Below are positions 12,856-25,500 of a stretch of 64,000 bases of DNA, one piece after another. Location: NCBI RefSeq assembly GCF_000002075.1, contig NW_004797626.1, positions 35,974 to 99,973 on the forward strand, in the 5' to 3' direction. Made by a program: the position numbers and the translations under genes. Positions within the stretch are counted from its first letter, which is position 1, and the number at the start of each line of letters is the position of its first letter. The notes beneath the pieces were generated by a model. That model ran no database searches and was not told the origin of the DNA. It saw nothing but the letters and a program-made list of their open reading frames with translations. This stretch comes from Aplysia californica. Lineage: Eukaryota.

Positions 12856-15800
12856 GCCTTTCTCAACCCATGCTGCAGTATAAGGCAACAACAAGAGCTA
12901 TCCATGTACTTCTGTCCTGGGCTATATAGTCTCCACCTCTGTCAAGCGGTATTCCATCTCTTTTGGGTTAGCTCAGTCCCTCCTCAACGTACTTTGAGGA
13001 CTTCCTTCCTTTCTCTTTCCATGTAGTAGCTAGGTATACAGTATGGTATTTTTTTCCCTTATACAGTTGAAATTGTTGAAGATGGCCCCCCCATTGTCGA
13101 GGAGAAAAGTGCTTGTCTTGGACAGGTGAAAGTCTTGGATAGTGTCGCTATATTTTGAAAAACCATAAGAGGGTAAATGGGAAAGGTCATTTTTACAAGT
13201 GATTGTCTTGGACAAGTGGTCTTTAAAGCAGGTTCGACAGTATTTCCACAGATATTTTGGAAAACGGTTGATAACTTAAAGTTTTTGTCTCTCGCTTAAG
13301 TCTTTATGGAAAGGCCAACATCATACCTATGTTTTTGGGAGGCACAAGCCAATATGTTTGGAGATATTATGAGGTAAAAAGTGAACTACTTGAGTATGAA
13401 GATCAGGAGGAACACCTCTAAACACTGAAGTTGCAAGAAAAAATGACAGCAGCGGTTTTTTGTTTTTTTAATTGCTCACCTAGTGAAAGGTTAAACAGAG
13501 TTACTCATTCACAAGTGAGAAAATTTATTCTACCAAGTGTCTTGGTGTTTCTGCTGAGATGCCGTCCTTCTCCTAAATTATCTAAATTGTGTCAAAAAAA
13601 GGGTGTAGAACATGCATGAATATTTATTTGCAACTCTACGTTCACTGTGCTTCCAACAGAACCCGTAAGACTTCAATGTGTTTTTGTTGGTACATACTTC
13701 AGGTATCATCACATTCTGCACCGCTTTCGGCATCTTGATCAGCAACATGGGCCCCAAAGCCCAGATCATGATTGACTTTTTCTCTGTCCTCAATGAAATC
13801 ATCATGAAGATGGTCACCATGGTGATGTGGTAAGTTAATGAAGTGATGAGGGTTNNNNNNNNNNNNNNNNNNNNNNNNNNNNNNNNNNNNNNNNNNNNNN
13901 NNNNNNNNNNNNNNNNNNNNNNNNNNNNNNNNNNNNNNNNNNNNNNNNNNNNNNNNNNNNNNNNNNNNNNNNNNNNNNNNNNNNNNNNNNNNNNNNNNNN
14001 NNNNNNNNNNNNNNNNNNNNNNNNNNNNNNNNNNNNNNNNNNNNNNNNNNNNNNNNNNNNNNNNTGATACTATTCTTATTAATAATAATAATGCTATTAT
14101 AATAATGGATACTCCTTGAGAGAATCAAGCTGGCAACGGATGAGAAGCTTCGAGGAAACCAGGCAGGATTCCGCAAAAACCGATCATGTGTGGACCAGAT
14201 CGCTACTCTACGTATCATTGTTGAGCAATCGCTTGAATGGAATTCACCACTCGTGGTCAACTTCATTGACTATGAAAAGGCGTTTGACAGCGTGGACAGG
14301 GAAACTCTGTGGAAACTCATGCGGCATTTTGGAATACCTGAGAAAATCGTCAAGCTTGTGAAGGCCACCTATGATGGAACAAGCTGCCAAGTCTTCCACG
14401 AAGGACAACTCTCAGAACCATTCCGGGTACAGACAGGAGTGCGACAAGGATGCTTGCTCTCACCTTTTCTCTTCATACTGGCAATTGACTGGGTCATGAA
14501 AGAAGCCACCAGAGGCAAATGTAATGGAATACAATGGATCCCTTGGCAGCAGCTGGACGACTTGGAATTCGCCGATGACCTTGCATTGCTCTCTCACACA
14601 CATGCTCAGATGCAAGAAAAAAACCAAGGAACTCAACATCCTATCAAGGAGTGTTGGCCTACGTATACATCCAGGCAAGTCAAAAGTAGTGAAGCTAGGA
14701 AAAGTTTCAAACCTTGCTGTGACAGTGGAAGACACTTCCCTTGAAGAAGTGGACTCCTTTACCTACCTTGGAAGTGTCATCGATGGTAAAGGTGGAACCG
14801 AGGCAGATGTTAAAGCAAGAACCGCCAAGGCAAGGTCAGCCTTCAAGCAATTATCAAAAGTCTGTAAAGCAAGCAACATCTCACTGCGCACCAAGATTCG
14901 ACTTTTTAACTCCAACGTCAAGTTTGTGCTCCTCTACGACTGTGAAACTTGGAAGACAACGAAGACAGTACTGAATAAGGTCCAGACTTTCATCAACAGA
15001 TGTATGAGGAGTATTTTAAGAATTAAGTGGCAGGATAGAATAAGAAATGAAGAGCTGTGGGAATGGACAGGACAAAAGGATATAGAAGTAGAAATAGGAC
15101 TAAGAAAGTGGCGATGGATGGGACACACCTTAAGAAAGCCCAGCGGAAACCTCACAAGACAGTCACTGCAGTGGAACCCCCAGGGAGCACGAGGCAGGGG
15201 TAGGCCACGGGAAACATGGAGGAGATGGTGTGGAAAGGGACATGAGAGAAATGAAGCTCACTTGGAACGAGCTTGGAAGGATGGCTCAGGACAGAGATAA
15301 ATGGAAGGAGCTTGTATGTGGCTTATACCCTGCCAGGGGTGAAAGGCATTGATGATGATATTATAATAATGATAGTGATGATAATAGTTTTGTCAGTCAA
15401 TGTCTGATTACAACCAATGCAACTGTTGAAGAGAATGTTTCTGAAACAAAACAAAAGAAATAGAGTTGAGATGACTTGTGGTTTCTCTATGACCAGTGAG
15501 ACCAATTTTGGCAGAGATAAGAGCTTGCCACATTTTGAGCATTTTAAAGTGAAACCTTTATTTCCATTTGTAGATGTGATTAGCTTTCGGGTTTCTTTCT
15601 TGACTTTTTCATTTCCGTATCACTATAAAACTGACCTATGTTATTATTATCATTTTCAATGCTATAATGGTATAATAAGAGCTCAGAGCCTGTATGCTTT
15701 AATCGGGGCTGAGCACTATATAAATATCATTATTAATATCCCGATCTTCTATCACAGTGGGTCATTGATGGATTTTCTGCCGTAGTTTGCTCTTCTCTCT

Positions 15801-18800
15801 CTTCAAACGTTTATCCTCCATATTTGGCTCCTTCTTTTTTCGTATATTACTCTCTAGAGCTGGGGCGCAAGCGCGAGAACGGAACTGAATCGCCACTCTT
15901 GCCTGCGGAACGAGATTCATGATTCACTTCAGCGGAAGGCGGAACAGTATCGCCTTCCAATTCCCGATTCACTCCTGTGTCTGTCACCACTTTGCAGCTT
16001 ATGTTTTTGTAACCTACTGCTGAGTCGCGAGCGCAAGAATGGAACGTAACACTTAGTATGGCTCCGCTTATTTTACAGAAGATGGTATAGTCCAACCCCC
16101 CTATTAAAACAAAATGCACGGGGTCCAACCAATAGACAGAAGGAATTTTATGGAGACATTGTTTTAGCGAATCATGGGGTGGGGGAGGGGGTGAATTTAT
16201 GGGGGCCGCTAATTGAGGTTAGTAGATAGAGCAGCGCAACGAAGGGTGGAGGGGGGGAAAGGATGGTGGGGGCAACAAGAGTGGGACTCGCGCTCGCTAA
16301 GTGGCATTGATATGACACTGTTCCGTTTCAGTCAGGGTTCCGCCACAGTTCCACGAGCGCTCTCGTACTCGCGATTCTTTGAAGCCGACTGAATCGCAAA
16401 TCGCCAATCTCAGATTTGGCGAGCACGATCCAGCTGTATTACTCTTTAGTAACACCTTTAATCTTCGACAATTATACAACCTATTTGTGTTGCAAGTGCT
16501 GTAAAACGCTTACTAAAACTAAAACGAACAACTTTTCGACTGCTCATACCTCTTCTGTGATAGGAAAGTTTATTCAGCATCACGTTTCTGGTCTTCCTCC
16601 TTTATGGTCTAATGTGTTAATAGGTGGAAAAAAGAAAGACTAAACAAAAATATAATAAACAGAAATTTCAAAAATGTATTTTTTTAAGGTGGGGCCTAAA
16701 AACATTTGCAATCCATCAACAGCTGCATACTATAATTTCCCAATATCCCACCACAGGTACTCCCCTATCGGCATCATGTTTCTGATCTGTGGAAAAATTC
16801 TTGCCCTGGAGGACCCGGAGAAGGTTGGCAAACAGCTGGGTATGTACATGGTGACCATCCTGGTGGGCCTGGCCGTCCACAGCATGATGATCCTGCCCAC
16901 CATTTACTTTTTGCTGACCCGGAAGAACCCGCTGCGTCTGATGTGGGGCGTGATTCAAGCTTATGTCACAGCGCTGGGTACTTCTTCCAGGTAAGCCTTT
17001 TCGGAGTTGCTTACTGCCTAGTAATTTAACTCTTTAAACGCTAAGTTTTTTCCACTGTTTCCTGAAGTTTTTTCTACAGTCATCTATACCTGGTGCACTA
17101 TGTCTCATTATAACCCTGAAAGCTTGCCTCTAACTTCTAAATTGCAGAAACAAAGGCTTAGTCATTACTAAAAACTTGCATCAGGAATAGTTCTGAAAAA
17201 CAAGCAAAAACTAGCACTAAATGAAACAAAACATTTGTCATTAATATCGGACGCTCCCAGGGGTTTAACGAGTTACGTAAGATCGTTTAATTCATTTAAA
17301 AGCACTGTAAGTTGTTTCTTGTTTTAGACTTATGAGATGTATACTACATTTCATATCAGATCAAAATGTATTGTTTATGTGTTGCTGTTGTATTTGTAAA
17401 GCACTCAGATCTTAAATTCTTTAATAATCAGAGTGGTATGCTATATGAATGCCATGCATTATTACATTAGAGGCATCACTCAATACTGCCCATCTTAGCC
17501 TCACTTAAAGACCTTGAGTTTGCTCAGATCTATGCAGGTAGCAGTACAATCTGCTAGCAGTGAAACAACCTAGGGAATGTTACTTACCCTCTACCAATAT
17601 ATTTCTTTCATCAGGTAGTTGAAGATTCAGGAACCATAAATAGGAGTGTCAAGTGGGTGAATGATTCAGATTTAAGTTAATTTTTGGGATGAATGAAGAT
17701 CGTTAAAATTTAGTACAAAGTAATTGAAATTGTGGATAAAGGTTCAAGAGCAATTAAATAGACGTTTTAACACGAGTTCTTGAAGGAGAAACATTTAGAC
17801 ATTTTCTGTCAAAAATATAAAAATTTGGATGTTTTGCAGGGTTGAGAGTAAATATTTAATAACTTATTTTTCTTTTTATTAGTAATATATAATAAATAGA
17901 ACAGTGCAGCTGGAGTATAACAAGCTATTTCTTTTATACTGCAAGTACTGTGGAACCTGCTCAAATGGCCTCCTGTCCAAGACATGCATTTGCGCAAATG
18001 ACAACTTCCCTTCCCTTGCAGGGTTTTTTCCTTTATTATATTAATAGTAATTATAATAATAATAGATAGCATTTGTTTAGCGCAAATCCCCGCTCAACAG
18101 CAAGCTCTATGGGCTTTACAATCTATACTATTACCCCAGCAGACCTGAGAGCATTCTGAGACAACCTCAACTTTCTGGGAAGTATACAGTGCATGCGGCC
18201 ATTTATAGGCGCCAAAACACTAACATACTGACAAGATCTTTCGCTTTCTATGGCCGGGTACCCATTCCCATCTGGATGAAGTGAGGAAACTTCGTGTAAA
18301 GTTCCTTTCCCAAGGACACAACATCGGATCCGTGGCTTGAACCCCGGAACCCGCAACCTCACGACTACGAGTCTGGTAGCCTAACCACTAGGCCACCACT
18401 GCCACATATTGACACTGTCCAAGAGGACAGGTCACTGAAGGTGACCACTTTTCTCTTGGACAATGAGTGGTTGTCTCTGACAAGTTCGACTGTAATTGAA
18501 AAACTTTGCATCAAGTAGTCATACATGAGTTAAAACATGTAGTTAAAAAATTTGCTTTGTTTTTTTATACGTCTCATTTGTCTTTGGCCATCCTCAGCAC
18601 TGCCACTTTGCCAGTGACGTTCCGATGCCTGGAAGAGAATCTCAGTATTGACCGCAGAGTCACCAGATTTGTCCTGCCTATCGGAGCAACCATCAACATG
18701 GACGGCACTGCTCTCTACGAGGCTGTTGCTCCGATCTTCATTGCACAAATGAACGGAATGGACCTGAGCTTTGGAAAAATCATTGCTATCAGGTTTTTAG

Positions 18801-20216
18801 ATTTTCTCAATTTTTCATTTTTGCTTTTGACTTTTGGTACATTCCAGCAAAAATAAACTATAATATTGTCTCTGCACTAGCGAAATGGCATAACTCAGAA
18901 TTGTGCCAGAATGCAAATAGCCTTTTATTTTGTTTAATGGTACTATATCTATCTTTTGGTTAAATCAAAACAAAAGTGTGCAGGCAGTCACAAAAGAAGC
19001 ATGCTTGGCCAGTTTTACCATTATTAAATGATCAATAGTCTAGTTAAACAGTTTTTTCCTCTTTTTCTCAAAAGTAGCATAATTGAGATGTGCCCTTTTG
19101 CTAGCTCAGTGATGATATCATCAGTGTCCAACTCTAACCATGTATCCATCACATTAGGTCAAACACTTCTTCAGTCTGTAATTATGTTGTTCACTTATAA
19201 ATAGGTATGTAGTACAGGCAAGTAGATATTAATGGAAAATGAGGACCACAAGAAAAAGCAATAATACAGCTTCTATTCAATAGATGGGCTGACTTTTGAA
19301 AGTTTAAAATAATGTACGTTCCGCCTAGTGCCCCCATCAAAGCCTTTTCCGTTTATGTCTGGTTTCAGCGTGACGGCAACATGTGCCAGTATTGGTGCAG
19401 CCGCCATTCCAAGCGCAGGGCTGGTTACCATGGTGATGGTGCTCACGTCTGTTGGTCTCCCAGCTGATGACATCAGTCTCATTCTCGCTGTGGACTGGTT
19501 CTTGTAAGTTGTGCCCTAAATCTCTAATTTTTATTTTATTTTTATTTTTGTATGTTGGGATGTAAAATATCCACCCTCATCAAGAATCAATCTTGGGTAT
19601 CCTGCATGCAACAGCAAAGTGTCTAACTGCTAAACCACAAATGCCAGTCTGTGTCCTGTGATGATGACACTAAAGGGTAATTAGACCTTACAAAGGAGAC
19701 AATGCTGATATATGTGGGTGCAAGGCTATGAATTTTTGTGTTTCATATGGTAGGTATCTCTACAGGTTTTTGCTCCTTCATCTTTTCAATTTTTAAAATA
19801 AATGAGTGGTTAGTAGACACTCTAGTGGCATGCTAATTTTTTCAGATTGAACATAGTTATCTCTACTTCTTATTTTCTTTGTATATTACTTTCCAGTAAC
19901 ACCTCTTATATTCAGCACTTATATGACCTATTTGTGTTGCGAGTGCCATAGAATTCCTCCTAAAACTGAACTAAGTCGTTTTTATTTAATGTTGTTTACT
20001 GTTATCCTTGGCAGGGATCGCTTCCGTACAGCCACCAATGTTCTCGGTGACAGCTTTGGCGCTGCGATTGTCGAGCATCTCTCGCGGAAAGAACTTGAGG
20101 ATGACCAACATCGCCCCCTGGACGATGCCATTGAATTTGACACTCGTGAAAACGGGAAGCGTCAGTCCTTTGGCAATGATACCAGCGCCAAAGGTGGGAT
20201 AGAAGATCAACTCTGA
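8015..20216 (+). CDS. SLC1A2: Excitatory amino acid transporter (SLC1A/EAAT family, most similar to EAAT2); 9 coding exons, 1698 nt, 565 aa: join(8015..8137,10511..10709,11201..11408,12148..12422,13703..13829,16757..16990,18598..18792,19369..19503,20015..20216)
   Basis: All introns are GT-AG with consistent phases (0,1,2,1,2,2,2,2). Hallmark motifs: [35 protein letters not shown]1 GTSSSTATLP, TM7 [16 protein letters not shown]2 [16 protein letters not shown] and TM8 AVDWFLDRFRT (the acidic-substrate Arg is retained). The family is certain; the SLC1A2 symbol rests on motif resemblance only, not phylogeny. Confidence 0.93.
8450..8924. mobile_element. Non-autonomous hAT-type element
   Basis: Perfect 8-bp TSD TGAACGAG (8442-8449 / 8925-8932); imperfect TIR CAGGGCCGCGTTAAC; subterminal GGGCCCC motifs. 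Confidence 0.85.
9020..9285 (+). mobile_element. Degenerate RTE-like 3' remnant
   Basis: Conceptual translation LKLNYFEHI...EIEGKRGRG; (GAA)n-like tail. Confidence 0.5.
9609..9871 (-). mobile_element. RTE-like 3' stub with a (TAAG)n tail
   Basis: The minus strand reads [41 protein letters not shown]. Confidence 0.8.
10511..10709 (+). CDS. SLC1A coding exon 2 (TM1-TM2)
   Basis: [21 protein letters not shown]...[10 protein letters not shown]; ctcctcAG / GTGAGA. Confidence 0.93.
11201..11408 (+). CDS. SLC1A coding exon 3 (TM3)
   Basis: [17 protein letters not shown]...[10 protein letters not shown]; ttccAG / GTGAGA. Confidence 0.93.
12148..12422 (+). CDS. SLC1A coding exon 4 (TM4 and the large extracellular loop)
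   Basis: [13 protein letters not shown]...DGVNVLG; gacAG / GTATGT. Confidence 0.92.
12803..13026 (-). mobile_element. RTE-like 3' stub with a (GAT)n tail
   Basis: The minus strand reads [14 protein letters not shown]...[14 protein letters not shown] and runs into the (CAT)n array on the + strand. Confidence 0.65.
13062..13242. mobile_element. Tc1/mariner-like MITE family B (~180 bp)
   Basis: TA-CAGT...GTTCGACAG-TA termini; internal GTCTTGGACA repeats; further copies at 17946-18494 (split) and about 61530-61695. Confidence 0.65.
13703..13829 (+). CDS. SLC1A coding exon 5
   Basis: [10 protein letters not shown]...[18 protein letters not shown]; ttcAG / GTAAGT. Confidence 0.92.
14108..15358 (+). 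mobile_element. 5'-truncated, frameshifted RTE-clade LINE (reverse transcriptase fragment) in SLC1A intron 5
   Basis: [75 protein letters not shown]; frameshift at an A-run near 14620; (GAT)n tail; 13-bp TSD TATTATAATAATG at 14095-14107 and 15359-15371. Confidence 0.92.
15855..16438. mobile_element. Non-autonomous hAT-like element nested in a ~180-bp repeat
   Basis: 8-bp TSD TTACTCTC/TTACTCTT; short TIR TAGAGCTGG / CCAGCTGTA. Confidence 0.7.
16757..16990 (+). CDS. SLC1A coding exon 6
   Basis: [14 protein letters not shown]...TALGTSS; cacAG / GTAAGC. Confidence 0.93.
17946..18494. mobile_element. MITE family B copy interrupted by a SINE
   Basis: The halves 17946-18035 and 18405-18494 match the two halves of 13062-13242 in reverse complement. 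Confidence 0.65.
18045..18405 (-). mobile_element. tRNA-derived SINE (Deu/Nin-domain-like core, (ATT)n tail)
   Basis: A box TGGCCTAGTGG, B box GGTTCAAGCC, core gtgtccttgggaaagg...aatgggtacc; a partial second copy lies at about 51165-51290. Confidence 0.75.
18598..18792 (+). CDS. SLC1A coding exon 7 (HP1-TM7)
   Basis: [14 protein letters not shown]...[12 protein letters not shown]...IIAIS; ctcAG / GTTTTT (weak donor). Confidence 0.9.
19369..19503 (+). CDS. SLC1A coding exon 8 (HP2-TM8)
   Basis: [21 protein letters not shown]...AVDWF; tttcAG / GTAAGT. Confidence 0.93.
20015..20216 (+). CDS. SLC1A last coding exon
   Basis: [23 protein letters not shown]...IEDQL*; ggcAG acceptor, TGA at 20214-20216. 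Confidence 0.92.
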
Positions 20217-22153
20217 GTCATTCCTTCAGAAGAAAATGGGCCCTTCTGAACTTCAGGTTTTTCCCTGAATGTCATAGCATTCTACCAGGTGAACGAAAAG
20301 TTCACCTGAAGGCCATCTACGGATCAAAAAAATTAATATCTTAAGTGATTCTTATGTTTCATTCCCTCATAAGTAAATGACTTTTTTATTTTCATACTGC
20401 CTACTTCTGTTTTACTGGGAGCAGAGAGCTTTTCCCTCAATCTGAAGGAATGTATTTGGGATTTTTTTTTAGATTAGACGCATTTGTTTGGAGCTTTTAT
20501 TAAATATGTTTGTGGTTTTTTTAGAATGAATTTCAACTTTCAAATGCACATCTCTCAGTTGTTTTGTATTCAGTCTGTTTCATCTTTGACAGTTTTTCCT
20601 TGATTTTAGTTCACACTTAGCTCAGATGGTATAGTGGTAGGCCATGGTATGGAAAACTTTGGTTTGAACCTCCTATTTGGAGAAATTTTTCAAGGTTTTT
20701 CTATATAGGCCTATGTTGGTCAAACCTGTGGGAGGTTGCTGTTACATTTGGAGATCCTGATTATCAAATATCCATACAGGGTAAAAATCATAAAATTTAC
20801 CAATTACCCTTTGAGATTTTTAATATAGAAACTTTCCCATCGTCAAAGTTTGAATCTTAAACCTTGAATCTCTTCTGTGTCAAACATTTGAAGGAGTGCA
20901 GGATTAAACTGGAAAAAAAATTCCTGCTATTCTGTTTTTAACCTGTTTTTAAATGGTTAGAGATTTTAACAAATTTCATTATACTTGGATTTTAATAAAT
21001 TGATCCGTAGATAGCCCTAATGTCATCAAATTTCTTTACATCTGGGCTCGGGCAAAATTTTATGTAAGGGTTTCTGCCAATGTCACTGGAAATGCAGAGG
21101 TTTAGACAACAAAAACAACTGTAGAGTATTTGGGTAGAGGGTGCGGGGAGAGAGGTGGGGAGAGAAATTGTCACAGTCCATTTTGTTTTTGTTATGTTAA
21201 TTCTAAGTCAGCACATTGCCTGTATAAAAAGCCACGAGATGTTTCAGTGTGTTGCATAAAGCCATTAAATGAATATTCAGTCTCCATTTTCCCACATCGC
21301 AAAATCAATTAAACTATTAGGAAAATTTCAGTTTTACTGAACAAAAGCTAAAGGAAATGGAAGACTACCGTGAAAGACATTTACCCTTATTATAGGACGG
21401 CCTAACATTCTCAGGAACATAATATATATTTGTGAACAGTGTAGATTTTATTGATGATGTAGTGCCAGTAAAACAGGTATTACTTTCTATGGCTCTGTAC
21501 AGTGCATACGGTGTCAGTCTAGTTCAGCTTAGTGTTGAGCAAAAAGTGACTGCGTTCCTGTAAGACTTATTTTACTAAGAATTGAAGCAAAACTATAATA
21601 TGATTCCATCTCTTTCCTCGTATAATGTTAGTTCATGAAACTGAAGAGCCATTTCTGAATTTATTTTTTTTTGGCTTTTATTTTTACTCATACATACATA
21701 TAGTTTAGAGCCATTTTATGTCCTATGATTTTGACCTCATTAAATTTCGCTTCAGTCACCTGGCCACTTTCTGCCTGACACCATCCAAACTGTTCAATTT
21801 TTGTGGGCTTCGAGTGAAATAGGTTCCAACTTCATCTTGAGTATTATATGATATTGATGCCGGAACTTTTTTCCTTAGGGCTCATGCTGTGTAAGACTGG
21901 TCAACCTTGCTATCGTCATAACTGTGGCCCCCTGAGTGAAATTTCAAATTTTTGGAAAAGCTAAGAAAATGTGTCTGGAGCTTTGTTTAACCGTATAGAT
22001 GGGACTGCACTATGTTAACCCTTTTGTGCACAAAACAAATCTGATAGGCAGCCTTTGGACAACAGCTGCTAGGATGGCATATATTTTTAAAGGGCAAAAC
22101 AGAGCTATTTTAATATGAAAATAATGTGCAGTTCACTTAAAACTCACGAATAT

Positions 22154-22599
22154 TCTGAGGCATCATGGTGAAATCAGGTGCTCATCAAAACAATAAAAAT
22201 GAAGGAACAGGCATTTTTTCGGCCAGTTTGGCAATTTTTTTCGAAATCTTGTTTTTTAGCTCAACATCTTTTGTGTCCTTTTAATTATAAAAACACATTT
22301 CCATAAGTATTTCACTGAAAAACGTTAATTAAAGGCACAGAATATGTAATTTTTCTGTTTTCAATGACTCTCAAGCTATTAAAGTTACCGAATTTTGGCA
22401 GCCATTTTCTCATTAATTTTACTTCTGAAACCAGGCGACCCCACTTCGCTTCCTTCAGTTGCAAATATCTCAACCTCTATTCAGGATAGATAGGTGTTTT
22501 TGTTACTGAAAACAAGGCAAATGAATAAGCTCTTAGATGATACCAATAACTGCACATGTCCAAAAATTGATGAGCGCCTGATTCCACTGTGTCGTGACA
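22154..22599. mobile_element. MITE family A copy 2 (inverted relative to copy 1)
   Basis: Degenerate TIRs and shared internal sequence. Confidence 0.75.
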
Positions 22600-25500
22600 C
22601 AGATATTTTAGAAAAGGTTTTTATTTTTAAGTTCATGCAGAGGGCTGCTGGGGATGGAAAAGCTGATTGTGTCTTCACCTCATTTTGATATTTTCAACTC
22701 ACTGTACTTCATTGTTTGCTCCGTATCATACACTGGTGGTTGAAATCCAGATGTTTATGAACTTCGTTGTATGCTAAGACCCTCTTTATACCTTTAGACC
22801 TGTGTCTGTATGTATGCTATGTCCATGAGTGTTGTTTTCAGTTTAAACTTTCTGGTCTGCTCGTATATTCACGTACATCGTCTGCCAACATGGATGACAA
22901 TACCAAAATTTCAGCTAGATCACTACAAAAACAAGAGCACAAACTTTACAGATTAAAATACTGAATGACAAAGCTAAAGTTGAAAGTGGGCTTAAAACGT
23001 TGCCACAAAGGATTAAATGTACCTCAGTCTGACTTTTTACCCAGAATGTCTTTAGAGACTGCTGCAAATATCTTGGAAGAAAAAGAAATCAAATGAAGTA
23101 GTACTTGAACAAACCCACTTGCTGATTAAACACAATCAGTAAAAGACAAAAGGAGTTTCTGGGCTGTCTGAATAGACGTGAAGGCCTTGAATATCTAGCT
23201 CTCAAGGGCAAAATTGGTAGCAAACGACCAGAGCAACATTCTTTGAGAGCCTAAACAGATGGCTGATGGGGAAAGATTAGGATAATATTACAGCATTTTT
23301 TAGAGCATCCGAGCAAAACAATAAATTTTAAACCGTGATCGCCGATGTCTGGCACTTGATAAAGATGATATGCGATTTACACCATCCCTATGGGAGCTTG
23401 TTGATGGGAGAAATTTCAACGCTTCTCTAAATCTGAGGTCTCTGGCAGATGGTGAAGTTAACACACATACGGACACAGGTCAAGTGTGAAAATTTGAATG
23501 TGATGTACAGTTTTCATGCTCTTAACAAGCAAAACGAAAGCCTGTCCTTCAGCCACATAAATGTAGGTCATTGGTGTGAAAAAGTCAAACTTCTAGTATA
23601 CTGAAGTTACATGGCAACAATATCTCAGACCTTTTTCTTGTCACATTCTCTAAGTAATGAGCTTCCACATGTGTTCAAAAGTTGTTTTTTTAGTTCTGCT
23701 TATTTGTCTACATATTTACGTGTCCAATTCGTACACTTATTGTGAGAGTCCTTTCATAATTCATAGTCATACCTCTTACAGAATGTAAACTTTCTAATTC
23801 TGTGGTAAGTTGGGTGTTTTGTTTAGATGTATGATGTAACTTTTATTTTTGCCTTTGTTTAATTATTTCTGATAAAATCGTAGACTTTTAAATTTGGAGT
23901 GGAAGAAATTTTTGCACTGTAAACGTTCTATTTGACACCCATTAAAAAGGATGACATGTTAACTATTTCCCTGTTAAAGAAAAAAAAGAGAAAAGAATCA
24001 GTAGCTGAAGACTTTTTGTTTTGCAATATTGAACTTCAACAAACCAAAAAAAAAGTTTTTTTAAATCAAGAGTTTGCCTTTAAGAACTGACTCTTTTAAT
24101 CATCGTTTCTTTTTTCTAAAAATCCTCTCAAAGGAGAAAATGACCCTTGATAAATGATAATGTCTTTGAAGTATTGTTGGAATTTGAATTTTGTATGAAG
24201 ATAAGAAAGAAAAACTAACCTTACTTGATTTTCTTTTTCACAATTATGCAATACTTACTATCTCCTGAAAGCTCAAAGAAGAAAAAATGACACCCTTCTG
24301 CTAGTGAGTAATACAGCATAGAACAGCTGTGCCCTAATAGAATATAAACGAAAAGTTACAGTGTTCGACTTTGTATTTTTTACTTTTTTGTAAAATTCTG
24401 ACAAAAAAACAAAAACAACCCTAATACCTGTTCACTCTGGACTATTATTTTATATTGGTCTGTGTTGCCAAAAACTTTAAAGCCATTACTATGAAATAGC
24501 TCAGAGCAATTCAAAATATGTAAATGTACTACATCATCAGAATATGATAAAAATGTCATAATGCTCTTTGAGACTTGAACTTCTATGGGGGGGGGGGGGG
24601 GGTTCTTGTAAAAACTAATGGCAGGCTAAAATAGCTTGCTAAAATGTTGTTGCATCACTTCTGAAGAGTTTTCTTTTTAATACAAGTCTATATGAGACCA
24701 TTCAAAATGTTCTATGTCCACAATTATTTGGGAATCACTATTTCCATTACATTTCTGGTTTCTGCGAAAATTACAGTTCATGCATTATATGGCTTTACAT
24801 TGTGAGGCATTTTGGTTAGAGCTGTTATTCTATGTGAATTTATAAAAGTGTTTGGTTGTGTTTGTGAGTATGTATGTGTGTATGTGTGTGTGAGTCCTGA
24901 ATTATGCATAAACGTGTGTTTGTTGTTTATGTTTGATGTTGTACGGTCACTCATGATCCTGACACCCTGTTCTGTTCACCAGCCCCCATTGTGATGTGTA
25001 CCTACAAATAGCTACAGCATCCCTGATCAGTAGTCGACTGATGCTGCGCAATTTTAAAGCCAAGGTCACCCCACTCGGAGAATGTGATCAGGGTTTGGGG
25101 AGTTGCGACAAAGTAGATATAATGTTACGAAGTCTGTCCCATTATTGCCAGGCTTTCAGCCCCGTTGTTGTGACAAGGTTGTGAAGATGTTTTGGTCTTC
25201 CATAGATTTCATAGATTTCATTTTATCCCACCTTTGCTTGTAGCTAGAACTTTATGAATGCTTTTTGTCAGTATTTGTTAGGGCGTGTTTTTTGGGGAGG
25301 GTGGGTTGTCTTTTGGGATACATTTCATTTTATTATGTGTCGATATGTTTCTTGTCTTTCTTGAAGGTTTAATTATCTGTAATGATTGCTCCTCATGGGC
25401 TATAAAATTCTGACACTGTGTTCTGCTTCTGCCTTTTTCTCTCATGTGGGAAGGTAGCCTTTATAAAACCGCAACAACTATAGATAAGCCACTTGTTTCT

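Noticed and set aside
14190-15300. Functional or domesticated reverse transcriptase gene, or a programmed frameshift
   Set aside because: It is 5'-truncated inside the RT, has no endonuclease or start context, carries frameshifts and is TSD-flanked: a dead-on-arrival LINE copy.
10507-20210. Antisense ORFs over SLC1A exons (10507-10782, 12202-12414, 13578-13820, 16716-16958, 19273-19482)
   Set aside because: Shadow ORFs produced by codon bias in the sense exons, with no independent coding signal.
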